A model generated the notes under the pieces. It saw nothing but the letters and a program-made list of their open reading frames with translations. It was not told the origin of the DNA and did not search any database. From a virus: 64,000 nt of DNA. The stretch is taken from positions 6,796 through 70,795 of IMG/VR virus record IMGVR_UViG_3300009130_000021; one strand, given 5' to 3'. Shown piece by piece: positions 48,048 through 57,876 of the stretch; position 1 is the stretch's first letter, and each line of letters starts with the position of its first letter. The position numbers were made by a program, and so were the translations under genes.

Positions 48048-48798
48048 CATCTTTTTCTATTTTTTCAAATATTCTAAGAAGTTTCTTGATAATTGGATGT
48101 CTAACTACATCTTCTTCAGTGAATTGTGTAACTCCAATCTCTTTAACTTCTGAAAAGTATTCCATTAGTATTTCTAAAGCACTTTTCTTTCTCTTATTCA
48201 CGGATTTTTGTTTAACGTCTCCAAGGAATATTATCTTAGATCCAAATCCTATTCTTGTGATAAGTGTTCTTAAGTTATCTTTAGATATTTGTTGAGCCTC
48301 ATCTATAATGATAATAGCATTATCAAGAGTTACTCCCAGTGCAAATTTTATAGGAAGTATTTTGATAACGTTATTCTCTCTTAGAGTATTGACTGCTTCT
48401 TGTCCTATTACTTTAGCGAAGTTACTCATAAACGGATATGTATATCCTTCCATTTTCTCTTCCAATGATCCTTTTAAATATCCGATCTCTTCGTCTTTAG
48501 GAACATTCACTGACTTTATAAGAATAATTTCTTTATATTTGTCAGATTGATCTTTAATTAATTTTAACGCTTTAGCACATGATAAGTACGTTTTACCAGT
48601 TCCAGGTGGTCCCACTATAATGCTAATATCTTTATCGTTGATATTATTCAATGCTTGTTTTTGGGCTTCTGATTTACACTTGATATTAATACTCTTGCTT
48701 AATACGTTCTGAATGCTTACTGTTCTACGATTGTCAGTCCAAGTATTAATGTCCTTTTCCATGTCATCGTAATCTTTAGAAGTTTTTCTTTTTTTCAT
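48034..48798 (-). CDS. phoH: PhoH-like ATPase
   Basis: GPPGTGKT, IGYLKG, DEAQ, TRIG, GD..Q, VVRH. Confidence 0.9.
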   Translation of the reverse strand: MKKRKTSKDYDDMEKDINTWTDNRRTVSIQNVLSKSINIKCKSEAQKQALNNINDKDISIIVGPPGTGKTYLSCAKALKLIKDQSDKYKEIILIKSVNVPKDEEIGYLKGSLEEKMEGYTYPFMSNFAKVIGQEAVNTLRENNVIKILPIKFALGVTLDNAIIIIDEAQQISKDNLRTLITRIGFGSKIIFLGDVKQKSVNKRKKSALEILMEYFSEVKEIGVTQFTEEDVVRHPIIKKLLRIFEKIEKDEGLD

Positions 48799-49403
48799 TA
48801 ATAAATTTTGTGTGCTATTACTATTCCTAGTAATATTTTTATATGATGCAAGTGCAAGTTATAAAAATCTGACGCGCATCTGAAAGTATTGTAGTCTAAG
48901 TCCTCGCTGTTGACTTTTCTTAAATTCTTTAACTTGTATATAAGACGAGAATCTATATCAACTTCTCTTAGTTTTAACATTTCGTCGAATATACCGTCAA
49001 AAGAATCTCCGGCTAATAAACTAGGTCCAAGTTTCTTAACGAATTTTTCACCTTCTTTAATTTGAAAAAGTTTATCAGCAACTTCATCTGCGACTAGTCC
49101 CTTATCGAGTTTTTCTCTAACTGAATCGAGTTTTCTTACTTTCTTAGAAATACTGCATATAAACTCTATATCGAATGTATAGAAAGAGAAACATATATCT
49201 GATTCTCCGTTTTGATACGTAAAGTTTATAAAATACAAGTCATTGTAAGATGTCTCTTTAGCTACTAACGGGTCAACTTCTACTGAGTCGGATATCTTGT
49301 CTATTGATATCTCATAGTCTTTAAATGGGAAAGATGATAAGAAAGGAAACAGCTTGAAAACAGTTTGAATACTTAAATCTTCACTATTAATCTCCTCGTA
49401 CAT
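48798..49403 (-). CDS. Hypothetical protein
   Basis: Coupled to phoH; ATAAATA at 49425-49431. Confidence 0.55.
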   Translation of the reverse strand: MYEEINSEDLSIQTVFKLFPFLSSFPFKDYEISIDKISDSVEVDPLVAKETSYNDLYFINFTYQNGESDICFSFYTFDIEFICSISKKVRKLDSVREKLDKGLVADEVADKLFQIKEGEKFVKKLGPSLLAGDSFDGIFDEMLKLREVDIDSRLIYKLKNLRKVNSEDLDYNTFRCASDFYNLHLHHIKILLGIVIAHKIY

Positions 49404-49473
49404 CTACAGTTGAATAGTTTTTATTATTTATTTGAAAGAAGATAATCTCGTTTAGTATATTATAAAATAAATC

Positions 49474-49635
49474 ATGGTTAATAATAAATTAATATTAGCG
49501 ATATCTATAATGTTTATAAGCTGTTCAGGGACTAAGGAGATCTTAGATGCTGATCCTCAAATAGATAAGAAGGAGCTTGTTGACGAGTTTGAAAGAGATA
49601 TTGAATTAGGAAATTATGACCCGTTAAAAGAATAA
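49474..49635 (+). CDS. Small lipoprotein
   Basis: Below the track cutoff: MVNNKLILAISIMFISC-SG. Confidence 0.5.
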   Translation: MVNNKLILAISIMFISCSGTKEILDADPQIDKKELVDEFERDIELGNYDPLKE

Positions 49636-49638
49636 ATT

Positions 49639-49905
49639 ATGAAGAAGTTAACATTAGTATTAGCAGTTATTGTTTTAGCATTAAGTTCATGTACTGAAAA
49701 CGCAAGAGCTAAAAAGTGGGGAGGTAGTATGACTATTGAAGTTCCTGTTGGAAACAAAGTGACTAATATTACTTGGAAGAACGGAGATCTATGGTATTCA
49801 TATAGACCGTTTCAAGAAGGTGAATCTCCTGTTACTCAGTATTTTGTTGAAGAGAGTAATTTCGGAATCATGGAAGGAACTGTTAAATTCATCGAGAGTA
49901 AGTAA
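49639..49905 (+). CDS. Lipoprotein
   Basis: MKK, hydrophobic core, LSSC lipobox. Confidence 0.72.
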   Translation: MKKLTLVLAVIVLALSSCTENARAKKWGGSMTIEVPVGNKVTNITWKNGDLWYSYRPFQEGESPVTQYFVEESNFGIMEGTVKFIESK

Positions 49906-50072
49906 TGTCTAAAATTGATATACTTCATGCAAGTGCATATGCACATCTAAAGGCTGCCGAGGAATTCGGTAAGCTAGGCCAATTAAAGAGAAGAGATTCT
50001 GCTTTAAAGGAGTATAATTCAATTACTAAAAAGATTCAAGAAATTAAAGATGCATTATCAAAAGACTCTTAG
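49905..50072 (+). CDS. Hypothetical 55-aa protein
   Basis: TAATG-coupled ORF MSKIDILHA... Confidence 0.4.
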   Translation: MSKIDILHASAYAHLKAAEEFGKLGQLKRRDSALKEYNSITKKIQEIKDALSKDS

Positions 50073-50505
50073 TTTAATTACAGTAGAATGGTATTATCCA
50101 GACGGAACTGCTTTTATGGATAGCGGTGAATTTGAATTTGATCCAGATAAAAAAGAGATTCATGTATATGGAGATAATAGTGTAGAGAATCCAATATACT
50201 TTAATGTTAGCGCAGGAGATTCATATACTAATGATCTTATACAAAATTATGATTTAATAGAACAAGAAGATTTTCAAAAGTGGATAATTAAAGGTATTGA
50301 CCAGGTAGTCAATCCTCAGTCTATTGATGGATTATCAGTAAGATTAATGAGGAAAATAGGAGTATTTGAATTAGTAGTTGAATCTATTAACACTGTTACA
50401 CCGTCTACTCCAAATGGTCCTGCTGAATATGATTTTGAAGTATATTGTAACGGAATATTAGGACTTAACTATATTATAACTGAAAATCCAGATTACGATG
50501 GCTAA
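50050..50505 (+). CDS. Hypothetical protein
   Basis: Track ORF. Confidence 0.55.
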   Translation: MHYQKTLSLITVEWYYPDGTAFMDSGEFEFDPDKKEIHVYGDNSVENPIYFNVSAGDSYTNDLIQNYDLIEQEDFQKWIIKGIDQVVNPQSIDGLSVRLMRKIGVFELVVESINTVTPSTPNGPAEYDFEVYCNGILGLNYIITENPDYDG

Positions 50506-50680
50506 GTATAAAATAGATACTGAGATAGTAGATGGGTTAGAATTGTATGTAGTAAAGTATAAGAAATGGTATTGGAAAAAATGGAGAAGAATCCCAAATA
50601 GTGGATATTCAGATTATTACCTAGCATTTTTACAAATGTCTCATTATAAATTAGGATTACCTCACGAATATTATTCATAG
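50498..50680 (+). CDS. Hypothetical protein
   Basis: Track ORF; aromatic/basic patch resembling 28504-28728. Confidence 0.5.
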   Translation: MAKYKIDTEIVDGLELYVVKYKKWYWKKWRRIPNSGYSDYYLAFLQMSHYKLGLPHEYYS

Positions 50681-50682
50681 AA

Positions 50683-51006
50683 ATGGAAAAAAGTAGCATT
50701 ATTAAAAAACTAATTAAAGAAGGCTTAATTACACAGCAGACTAGAATTCAAATTAGTCCATATTATGGATATAATCCTGATAACATAGATAAAATATGTA
50801 AATCAAGCGGATTAACTGAAGAAGAATTCAATGAATTGTGGGAAAGTCAGCCATTCTCTGAGGAATTCTTTGGATTCTTTACTTTTGAAAATCATTTTGA
50901 CGATCTTACTCTCATGTATAATTCTGGAAAACTATACGATATGTCAAATAAAGATACTAGAGAGAAGGTTAGAAACGCATTAAATCAGATGGTAGACTTA
51001 GATTAA
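50683..51006 (+). CDS. Hypothetical protein
   Basis: Track ORF. Confidence 0.55.
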   Translation: MEKSSIIKKLIKEGLITQQTRIQISPYYGYNPDNIDKICKSSGLTEEEFNELWESQPFSEEFFGFFTFENHFDDLTLMYNSGKLYDMSNKDTREKVRNALNQMVDLD

Positions 51007-51007
51007 T

Positions 51008-51673
51008 ATGTCAAGAAAAGTTATAAGTTTAGACGAAAATATCACTTTAATTGAAGGTGAAGATATTGCACTAGGATATTTCGTAGATATCATAGATTCT
51101 AGATACGAGGATATGGATGAACAGGGAGAAGGATTCCTAGTTGAAGCTTCATCTGAATTCGGATTCATGAAGAATCTAATTAATATAGAATATGATGATC
51201 TAATGAATAACCTAGGAGTCATAATTGAAAAATGTAATGATTTTATCGCATCTTTAACTCAAGTAATCCTTCCTGAGATCATGGAACCTCCTTCAGGTTT
51301 ATTATCTGACGATATTATTCCAGTGTCTCCTATGAGTCTTGAAGAAGCATCAAACGGAAGAGAAGTAAAAACTTATCCGTTTAAGTACGATGCGTTTGAT
51401 GGCTTAGATAATATGGAGGAATGGTTATCTATGAAAATAAGAAAAGGAGATTTTAAGCCTTCTTGGCTTAATTATAGAGAATACTCAGCATGTCCACTTA
51501 ATATAGGAAGCATCTATTATACTCCAGCCAGTGTGTTCGAAGTATTAATTATAGATCCTAATGGAGAAACTAGATTCAAACAGAACGAGCATGTACTGTT
51601 TACATTAAATCCTGAAGATTGGAACTTAGAATCAGTTAAATCAATTATTAATTCTATTAACAAATTACCATGA
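51008..51673 (+). CDS. Hypothetical acidic protein
   Basis: Track ORF. Confidence 0.55.
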   Translation: MSRKVISLDENITLIEGEDIALGYFVDIIDSRYEDMDEQGEGFLVEASSEFGFMKNLINIEYDDLMNNLGVIIEKCNDFIASLTQVILPEIMEPPSGLLSDDIIPVSPMSLEEASNGREVKTYPFKYDAFDGLDNMEEWLSMKIRKGDFKPSWLNYREYSACPLNIGSIYYTPASVFEVLIIDPNGETRFKQNEHVLFTLNPEDWNLESVKSIINSINKLP

Positions 51674-51828
51674 GTAAACTTAAGAGATTTCAAGAAGACG
51701 TAAGACAGTTCTGGGGTTATCTTCTAGCCAGAGACATGGGTGAAATGGGAGAAGGATGTTTAATGACTATTGGAATATGGATATTTATGTTCATCGTCAT
51801 ATCTGCTATTATATCGACTGCATTCTAA
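51670..51828 (+). CDS. Small membrane protein
   Basis: ATGA overlap; C-terminal IGIWIFMFIVISAII. Confidence 0.45.
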   Translation: MSKLKRFQEDVRQFWGYLLARDMGEMGEGCLMTIGIWIFMFIVISAIISTAF

Positions 51829-51868
51829 ATATAAAACCATTAATCCTTTTTTAATATAAAAAGATTGT

Positions 51869-53434
51869 ATGCAAGATAATAAAGCAAAATTAATAAAGCA
51901 GTTAAGTCTTCGACAAGGAGCAATAAAGATTTTAATTAACTCAGTATATGGGGCCTTCGGTAACCAATACTTTTATTTTTACAATATCGATATTGCTGAG
52001 TCTATTACTTTACAAGGTCAGGACATGATTAAATTCAGTAATAAGGCAATTAACTACTACTTTAAAGAGAAATGGCATTTAGATACTGAGCTTCATGAGA
52101 AACTAGGTATTAGTCAATATAAAATAAACAAAGTAAACGATGACTCTGCTATATACACTGATACAGATTCTAGTTATATTCAATTCGATTCCGCTATAAA
52201 GTCTATTGAGCATGAATTTACTCATGAGGAATGTATTAGAATATGTATTATGCTGGATGAGCACCGATTAGGTGGATATTTCGACGACGCTTTTACAAAA
52301 TACGGTAAAGTATTTAATACAGTTAATCAACAGAAGTTTAAATTGGAAGCTATTTTCGATAAAGGATTCTGGATTAAGAAAAAGAACTACGCACTTAGAA
52401 CGGTATATGAACCTAATCCTAAGAAGGAAGTGTTTCCTGTTGGCGAGAGGGAACTTCTTATTAAAGGACTTGAATCTATTAAGAGTTCATATCCAGTGTG
52501 GATACGTGAACGCCTTAAGAAGTATATTGTATTCTTCTTAGATCATGGTGTTAACATAGATTTAGAGAAGCAATTGATTCCAATGATTGAAGAGGACTTC
52601 GAAGAATTTAAACAATTACCTATTGATGAGATTGCTCAGAGTTTCAATGTTCGCGTATATAACAAATACATTGAAAGCGAATTCAGAGGAACTCTTAAGA
52701 AAGGAGCTACTGAATATCCTAAAGCAGTAATGCACCATAATTACCTTGTTCTTAAAAATGATGTTGAATCTAAATATCCTAAGATTAGAGAGGGTAATAA
52801 GGTTAGATTTTATATATGTGATCCAGGAGATACTGAATTTGAAGTATTTGCATATAACCCAGGAGATTTCCCTGAAGAGATTGCTCCCGAGATAGATATG
52901 AACGCTCAATATTTTAAATTATTAGTAGAACCTATTAATAGAATTTTAGGAGCAATTGGATTACCTAAAGTAAATAAATTCTTAAAGAGGTCAGTTGAGT
53001 TTAAAACAACTAAATCTAAGAATCCACTTACTCAGGAACAATTATATCCTTTACACGTTATTAATAGCGAAACATTAGAACACACTGAAGTTGATAGAAA
53101 ATTCTGGAAATACATTGGAAATGAGAATGTTGAAGTTCCAGAAGATATATTCGAAGAGTATTTAGAAGTAGTTTCTACTTATGGATTAAATACAGTTATA
53201 TTAATTAACAAGAATTTGGATCCATATAAAAAGAGAATTGCTAAGAAATTAGGATTAGATCATATACTTGAAGAAATGGAAGCTGCTAAGATAGCTGAAA
53301 AAGAAGCTAAAGCTCAAGCCAAACTTCAAGCTAAAATAGAAAAAGAAGCTGAGAGAGCTAGATTGAAAGCAGAAAAAGAAGCAGCCAAAGCGGCGGCTAA
53401 ACTTGCTAAGCAGCAGTTAAAGGAGTTAGGTTAA
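51869..53434 (+). CDS. Family B DNA polymerase, C-terminal subunit
   Basis: Motif B KILINSVYG near the N-terminus, ITLQG, motif C YTDTDS, KKNY, KGLE; K/A/E-rich tail. Confidence 0.92.
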   Translation: MQDNKAKLIKQLSLRQGAIKILINSVYGAFGNQYFYFYNIDIAESITLQGQDMIKFSNKAINYYFKEKWHLDTELHEKLGISQYKINKVNDDSAIYTDTDSSYIQFDSAIKSIEHEFTHEECIRICIMLDEHRLGGYFDDAFTKYGKVFNTVNQQKFKLEAIFDKGFWIKKKNYALRTVYEPNPKKEVFPVGERELLIKGLESIKSSYPVWIRERLKKYIVFFLDHGVNIDLEKQLIPMIEEDFEEFKQLPIDEIAQSFNVRVYNKYIESEFRGTLKKGATEYPKAVMHHNYLVLKNDVESKYPKIREGNKVRFYICDPGDTEFEVFAYNPGDFPEEIAPEIDMNAQYFKLLVEPINRILGAIGLPKVNKFLKRSVEFKTTKSKNPLTQEQLYPLHVINSETLEHTEVDRKFWKYIGNENVEVPEDIFEEYLEVVSTYGLNTVILINKNLDPYKKRIAKKLGLDHILEEMEAAKIAEKEAKAQAKLQAKIEKEAERARLKAEKEAAKAAAKLAKQQLKELG

Positions 53435-54570
53435 TGATAGCAGAAAGAAAGTACGGAATAACTGATTTTATTAAAGACGTTCTTAAAAAACGTTTTACTG
53501 ACAATAAATTAAAACAGCAATTAGACGAATCAGATTCAGATAAATTAAACTTTGCGTGTCCTTACTGCGGAGACTCTGAAAAAGATAGTACTAAGAAACG
53601 TGGTAATTTCTATCACAATAGTGGCACTTACAAATGTTTTAACGACGGTTGTTTAGTTTATGTTAAAGACAAGGATTTCGTAGCTAAATTTGCTAGAAAA
53701 TATTCTTTGGATATTCCATCTTTGAATGGAGCTAAAGTAACTTATAAGAAAGTCAATACTGTTCGTAGAGGACATATGATGGAATTCTTAATGAGGCCTA
53801 ATGTAAATAAGAATCTACTTAATATAAAAGACCTATCGTTTAGATTTGGATTATCTAAATGTATTGATGCAAAAGCAGGATCTGATATTTATAATTATGC
53901 GAATAGCAGATATTTAATGGATCTTCCTGTTTTTAGAGATACTTGTTATTTCGATAGAGATCAAACTAAGATTCATATTTTTAATATGGATATAACGTCT
54001 GGTAAAATACTTGGAATTTCTACTCGTAAGATATCAGACGAAGCGTTCGGCCCTCGTTACGATATTAAAAACTATACTGACTTTGTTAAAAAGGCGAAGC
54101 TATCTACTGGACTAACTGACGATGAGATTGTAATGCTCGATAATATTAATAACTACTTTAATATTCTCAATGTAAAATTCAGTAAGCCAGTTCCAGTAAC
54201 TGAAGGTCAATTCGATTCCATGTTTCTAGATAATGCAATAGCCACTACTGGAGTAACTAAAAGTAAATCTTTATTAGGAACTTTATTATCTACTAAGAAT
54301 TCCCGTATATTCTTTGACAATGATAAGGCAGGTAAACAGGAATCTATGAAGCTTATTCAGGAGGATTATAAAGTATTCCTATGGTCTAAATTTATACATG
54401 ATCTAAGATATCAATATCCTCAATATAGAAGAGAGATAAATCAGATAACTGATATCAATAAGTTATATCAATTTTATATGTCAATAGGTAACACTATAGG
54501 TCCTGATCAATTCAATGATTTATTGAACGAGTATTATTCAGAATCTCAATTTGATGCTCTATCGATATAA
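53434..54570 (+). CDS. DNA primase (gp61-like)
   Basis: CPYCGDS...CFNDGC zinc finger, TEGQFDS and FDNDKAG TOPRIM motifs. Confidence 0.9.
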   Translation: MIAERKYGITDFIKDVLKKRFTDNKLKQQLDESDSDKLNFACPYCGDSEKDSTKKRGNFYHNSGTYKCFNDGCLVYVKDKDFVAKFARKYSLDIPSLNGAKVTYKKVNTVRRGHMMEFLMRPNVNKNLLNIKDLSFRFGLSKCIDAKAGSDIYNYANSRYLMDLPVFRDTCYFDRDQTKIHIFNMDITSGKILGISTRKISDEAFGPRYDIKNYTDFVKKAKLSTGLTDDEIVMLDNINNYFNILNVKFSKPVPVTEGQFDSMFLDNAIATTGVTKSKSLLGTLLSTKNSRIFFDNDKAGKQESMKLIQEDYKVFLWSKFIHDLRYQYPQYRREINQITDINKLYQFYMSIGNTIGPDQFNDLLNEYYSESQFDALSI

Positions 54571-54593
54571 TAAATAATAAAAAAGTTTTTATT

Positions 54594-54899
54594 ATGAATA
54601 ATCATACTTTAAATATGAATCAGTTCTTAAACGAAAATTCTGAAGATAGTTTAAATATCGATATTGAATTATTAGACGATATTGTAAATGCAGTAGGCAG
54701 CGAAGAGGAAGTTGAAGAATGTGCTAAAGAAGCATATGAGGAATTAAAATCTTCTTTTGAAAATGACGAAGCATCGATAGACGGTATAGATTCTTCTGAA
54801 ATGTTATCGGTTACGTCTTTAATTATTAAATTAGTTGAAAAAGGTAAGATTGAACCGGAAGAAGCTGAAGGATTCTTAGAAAGAATAGTAGCCGACTAA
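54594..54899 (+). CDS. Small acidic late protein
   Basis: LNMNQFLNE N-terminus; ATAAATA at 54570-54576. Confidence 0.55.
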   Translation: MNNHTLNMNQFLNENSEDSLNIDIELLDDIVNAVGSEEEVEECAKEAYEELKSSFENDEASIDGIDSSEMLSVTSLIIKLVEKGKIEPEEAEGFLERIVAD

Positions 54900-54920
54900 T
54901 AGTATTAAATATAAAATTAT

Positions 54921-54950
54921 AAAAGAGTGTCAAAATGGCACTCTTTTTTT
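54921..54950 (+). terminator. Intrinsic terminator
   Basis: AAAAGAGTGTC-AAAAT-GGCACTCTTTTTTT. Confidence 0.8.
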
Positions 54951-54968
54951 ATGAATAAATAATACTAT

Positions 54969-55472
54969 ATGTCAAATAAAGATAAAGATATAAAAAGTTT
55001 TCTAAAGCCTAGGAAAGGTAGAATCAGACAGGGTTATTTCAAACCTAAAAATCCAGAGAAATATAAAGGAGATCCTACTCAAATCATATACAGATCAGGA
55101 TGGGAGTTCAAGTTCTTTAGATACTGTGATGAAAATCCAAAGGTATTAGAATATTCAGCGGAGCCAGTAGGAATAGGATATTGGCATCCCATTACTAAGA
55201 AGAGAGCTACTTATTGGATCGACTGTTATATGAAAACAGTAGGAAAAGATGGTAACTTTAAGGAGTGGCTTATTGAAGTTAAACCAAACAAAGATATAAT
55301 TCCACCTAAAGCTCCTAAGAGGTTAACTGAGAAGCAGGCTTATAGATATGCGAGAGAAGCTAAAGTATATCTAATAAACACCGAAAAGTTTAAGGCAGCA
55401 AGAGAATATGCAAAGGCACATAACATGACTTTCGGTATAATTACAGAGAACTTTTTGTTTAATAAATTGTAA
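54969..55472 (+). CDS. Head completion nuclease (gp4-like)
   Basis: FKPKNPEKYKGD...YRSGWE...IEVKP...F.IITE. Confidence 0.88.
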   Translation: MSNKDKDIKSFLKPRKGRIRQGYFKPKNPEKYKGDPTQIIYRSGWEFKFFRYCDENPKVLEYSAEPVGIGYWHPITKKRATYWIDCYMKTVGKDGNFKEWLIEVKPNKDIIPPKAPKRLTEKQAYRYAREAKVYLINTEKFKAAREYAKAHNMTFGIITENFLFNKL

Positions 55473-55481
55473 AAGATATTA

Positions 55482-56129
55482 ATGATAAAGATAGATGATA
55501 TCATAACAAACAACAGGGAAAGAGGTTACTCTGAAATATTTGAAGAGAAAGGTCAACCTATCCCTAGAAACATGTTAGTTCCAGGTCATTACTATTCCTT
55601 TGATATTGAAATACCTAATATCACTACTAATTGGATTCCTAATAGTAAAGAGGAATATAATGAGGAACCTATGAAGTTCATTACTCCAAATCAATATTAC
55701 GATTTAAATCCAGTAGGTCTAGCTTTGTATCATGATAAATGGCAAAACAATCTTATCATGATTAATCTTAAAGTTATACCTCCTAAATATCACCCTACTA
55801 TTTTTAATGCTCATTTAAATATCATAGAAAAGAGCTTAGAAATAATCGGAGGATTAGGAGGAAAATTGGATCCATTAGAAGAAAGGCTTAAACAGAATCT
55901 TCCAATGTATGGAATTACTTCTAGCATTCTTAGACAGGCAACTGGGATTAATTTAAATAGTGCAATCAACGCATATAAATTAGATTATGTTAAGAGTGCT
56001 AAGATGTTAGACTGGAATGATATTGGAGAATTGCCTACTCCAACAATAGATACTAAAGGATTACTTTTATCCTCATCTACGTATAACGTAAATAGAATTT
56101 TTGAACTGTTTGACTTTAAACAGTATTAA
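55482..56129 (+). CDS. DNA end protector (gp2-like)
   Basis: YYD..P...INL..IPP pattern; follows gp4. Confidence 0.6.
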   Translation: MIKIDDIITNNRERGYSEIFEEKGQPIPRNMLVPGHYYSFDIEIPNITTNWIPNSKEEYNEEPMKFITPNQYYDLNPVGLALYHDKWQNNLIMINLKVIPPKYHPTIFNAHLNIIEKSLEIIGGLGGKLDPLEERLKQNLPMYGITSSILRQATGINLNSAINAYKLDYVKSAKMLDWNDIGELPTPTIDTKGLLLSSSTYNVNRIFELFDFKQY

Positions 56130-56154
56130 ATAATAAATATAATAATCAACAGAT

Positions 56155-57870
56155 ATGGCCGGATTCGGAGACTCTAAATTTAAAAATACATCTAAATCTC
56201 TTGCAGGATTAAGTAGGTTTGGTACAAGATACGAAGACCTTCTTCTTAAGAACTCTAAAGCAATTGGATTTATTGAAGGTCAATTAGCAGCTAGGAACGA
56301 TAGTAACCTAGGATCTAACGACTTATTAAAGTATTCGATGGCTATCGCAGATACTTCATCTCAACTTAGAACAAAGTCAATCGCATTCTTTCAATTAGAC
56401 TACACAGTTAAAAGAGAAAGATTAAGAGATATCGCTTCTAATGGAGAAATTGAATTTGTATTAGACACTATTACAGATGACATGATTGTATTCAATGAAG
56501 AGAATAGATTCTGTCATTCAAACGATCTTACTGGTAAGATCATGTATAGAGGTAATAACAAGACTGAAAGATTACAATATCAAGATAATATCGTTAAGAA
56601 GTATCATGATAACTTTGAAGATATTTACAATGCATGGGGATTCCCAGAAGGTATTTCAGCTTGGCAATACGCATATCAATTCCTTATTGAAGGACATTTA
56701 TGTTTTGAAATTATCTATGATGATTTAAATAAACCATCTAAGATTATCGGATTCAAAGAAATGGATCCTGCTACAGTTTCACCTTCTTTAACTAAAGATC
56801 AGAACGGTAAACTATTCTTAGAATGGACTCAATATGATCCAGCTAACGGTTCAACTAGAACTTTAGCAGATTCTCAAATCATTTATATCTCTTACGCTAA
56901 CCACTTTAAAACAAAGAGAGTTAGTTTCGTAGAAAGAATGATTAGATCATTTAACTTATTAAGAATATTGGAGCACAGTAAAGTTATTTGGCATATCATG
57001 AATGCTCCAATTAGATTACAAACTAAAGTTCCAACAGGATCTAAGAGTTTCCAAAAAGCTCAAGAAGATGTTAAGGAGTTTATGAACTTACTTAAGGAAG
57101 ATGTATTCTTTAATGGAGATTCTGGAGAACTTACTGTTGACGGTAAACCTAATATCTTATTCTATAAAAACTACGTTACTCCAGTTAATGATAAAGGAGA
57201 ATCAATTACTATTGAACCTCTTACTTATCCTGGTCCTAACTTAGCTAACTCAGAATTATTAGGTTACTTTACTAAGAAACTTAAAATGGATTCTAAGATT
57301 CCTTACTCAAGATGGGAAGGTCAATCTGGAATGGGAGCATTTACTCTTAATGCTGAAGGTATTACTAGAGAGGAAGTTCGTTATCAAAAGTTTATTAGAA
57401 GACTTAGATCAGCGTATTCTGAATTAATTGTAAAACCTTGGTATTTACAAATGTGTTTAGATTTCCCTCACTTAAAAGATGACTATAAATTTAAGAATTC
57501 AATAGGAATTAATTATCATAACGATAACGTATTTGAAGAAATCAAACAAAACGAATTAGAAGCTAAGAGAATAGCATCATTCACTGCTAAGAAAGGTATT
57601 CTAAAAGACGACGGAAGTCCTTACTTCTCAACTGAATACTTAATTAGAAAAGAATTAAAGATGACTCAGGATGAAATAGATTCAAACCAAGAATGGTTTA
57701 AATTTACTGAGGATAAGAAAAAAGAAGATGCTGGCGACGGAGAATTTGAAGCTCCAATACTCCCTGACACTGGAGTAGCTCCAACTCAAGCCCCTGCTGC
57801 TGATGCCGGAGGAGCAGGAGGTGGAGAGACTATTGATGCTGGAGAAACAGGCGCTGAAGGATCGTTATAA
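56155..57870 (+). CDS. Portal protein (gp20-like)
   Basis: N.LRILE...I...AP, KIPYSR, ITREEVRYQKFI.RLR. Confidence 0.9.
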   Translation: MAGFGDSKFKNTSKSLAGLSRFGTRYEDLLLKNSKAIGFIEGQLAARNDSNLGSNDLLKYSMAIADTSSQLRTKSIAFFQLDYTVKRERLRDIASNGEIEFVLDTITDDMIVFNEENRFCHSNDLTGKIMYRGNNKTERLQYQDNIVKKYHDNFEDIYNAWGFPEGISAWQYAYQFLIEGHLCFEIIYDDLNKPSKIIGFKEMDPATVSPSLTKDQNGKLFLEWTQYDPANGSTRTLADSQIIYISYANHFKTKRVSFVERMIRSFNLLRILEHSKVIWHIMNAPIRLQTKVPTGSKSFQKAQEDVKEFMNLLKEDVFFNGDSGELTVDGKPNILFYKNYVTPVNDKGESITIEPLTYPGPNLANSELLGYFTKKLKMDSKIPYSRWEGQSGMGAFTLNAEGITREEVRYQKFIRRLRSAYSELIVKPWYLQMCLDFPHLKDDYKFKNSIGINYHNDNVFEEIKQNELEAKRIASFTAKKGILKDDGSPYFSTEYLIRKELKMTQDEIDSNQEWFKFTEDKKKEDAGDGEFEAPILPDTGVAPTQAPAADAGGAGGGETIDAGETGAEGSL

Positions 57871-57876
57871 TAAACA

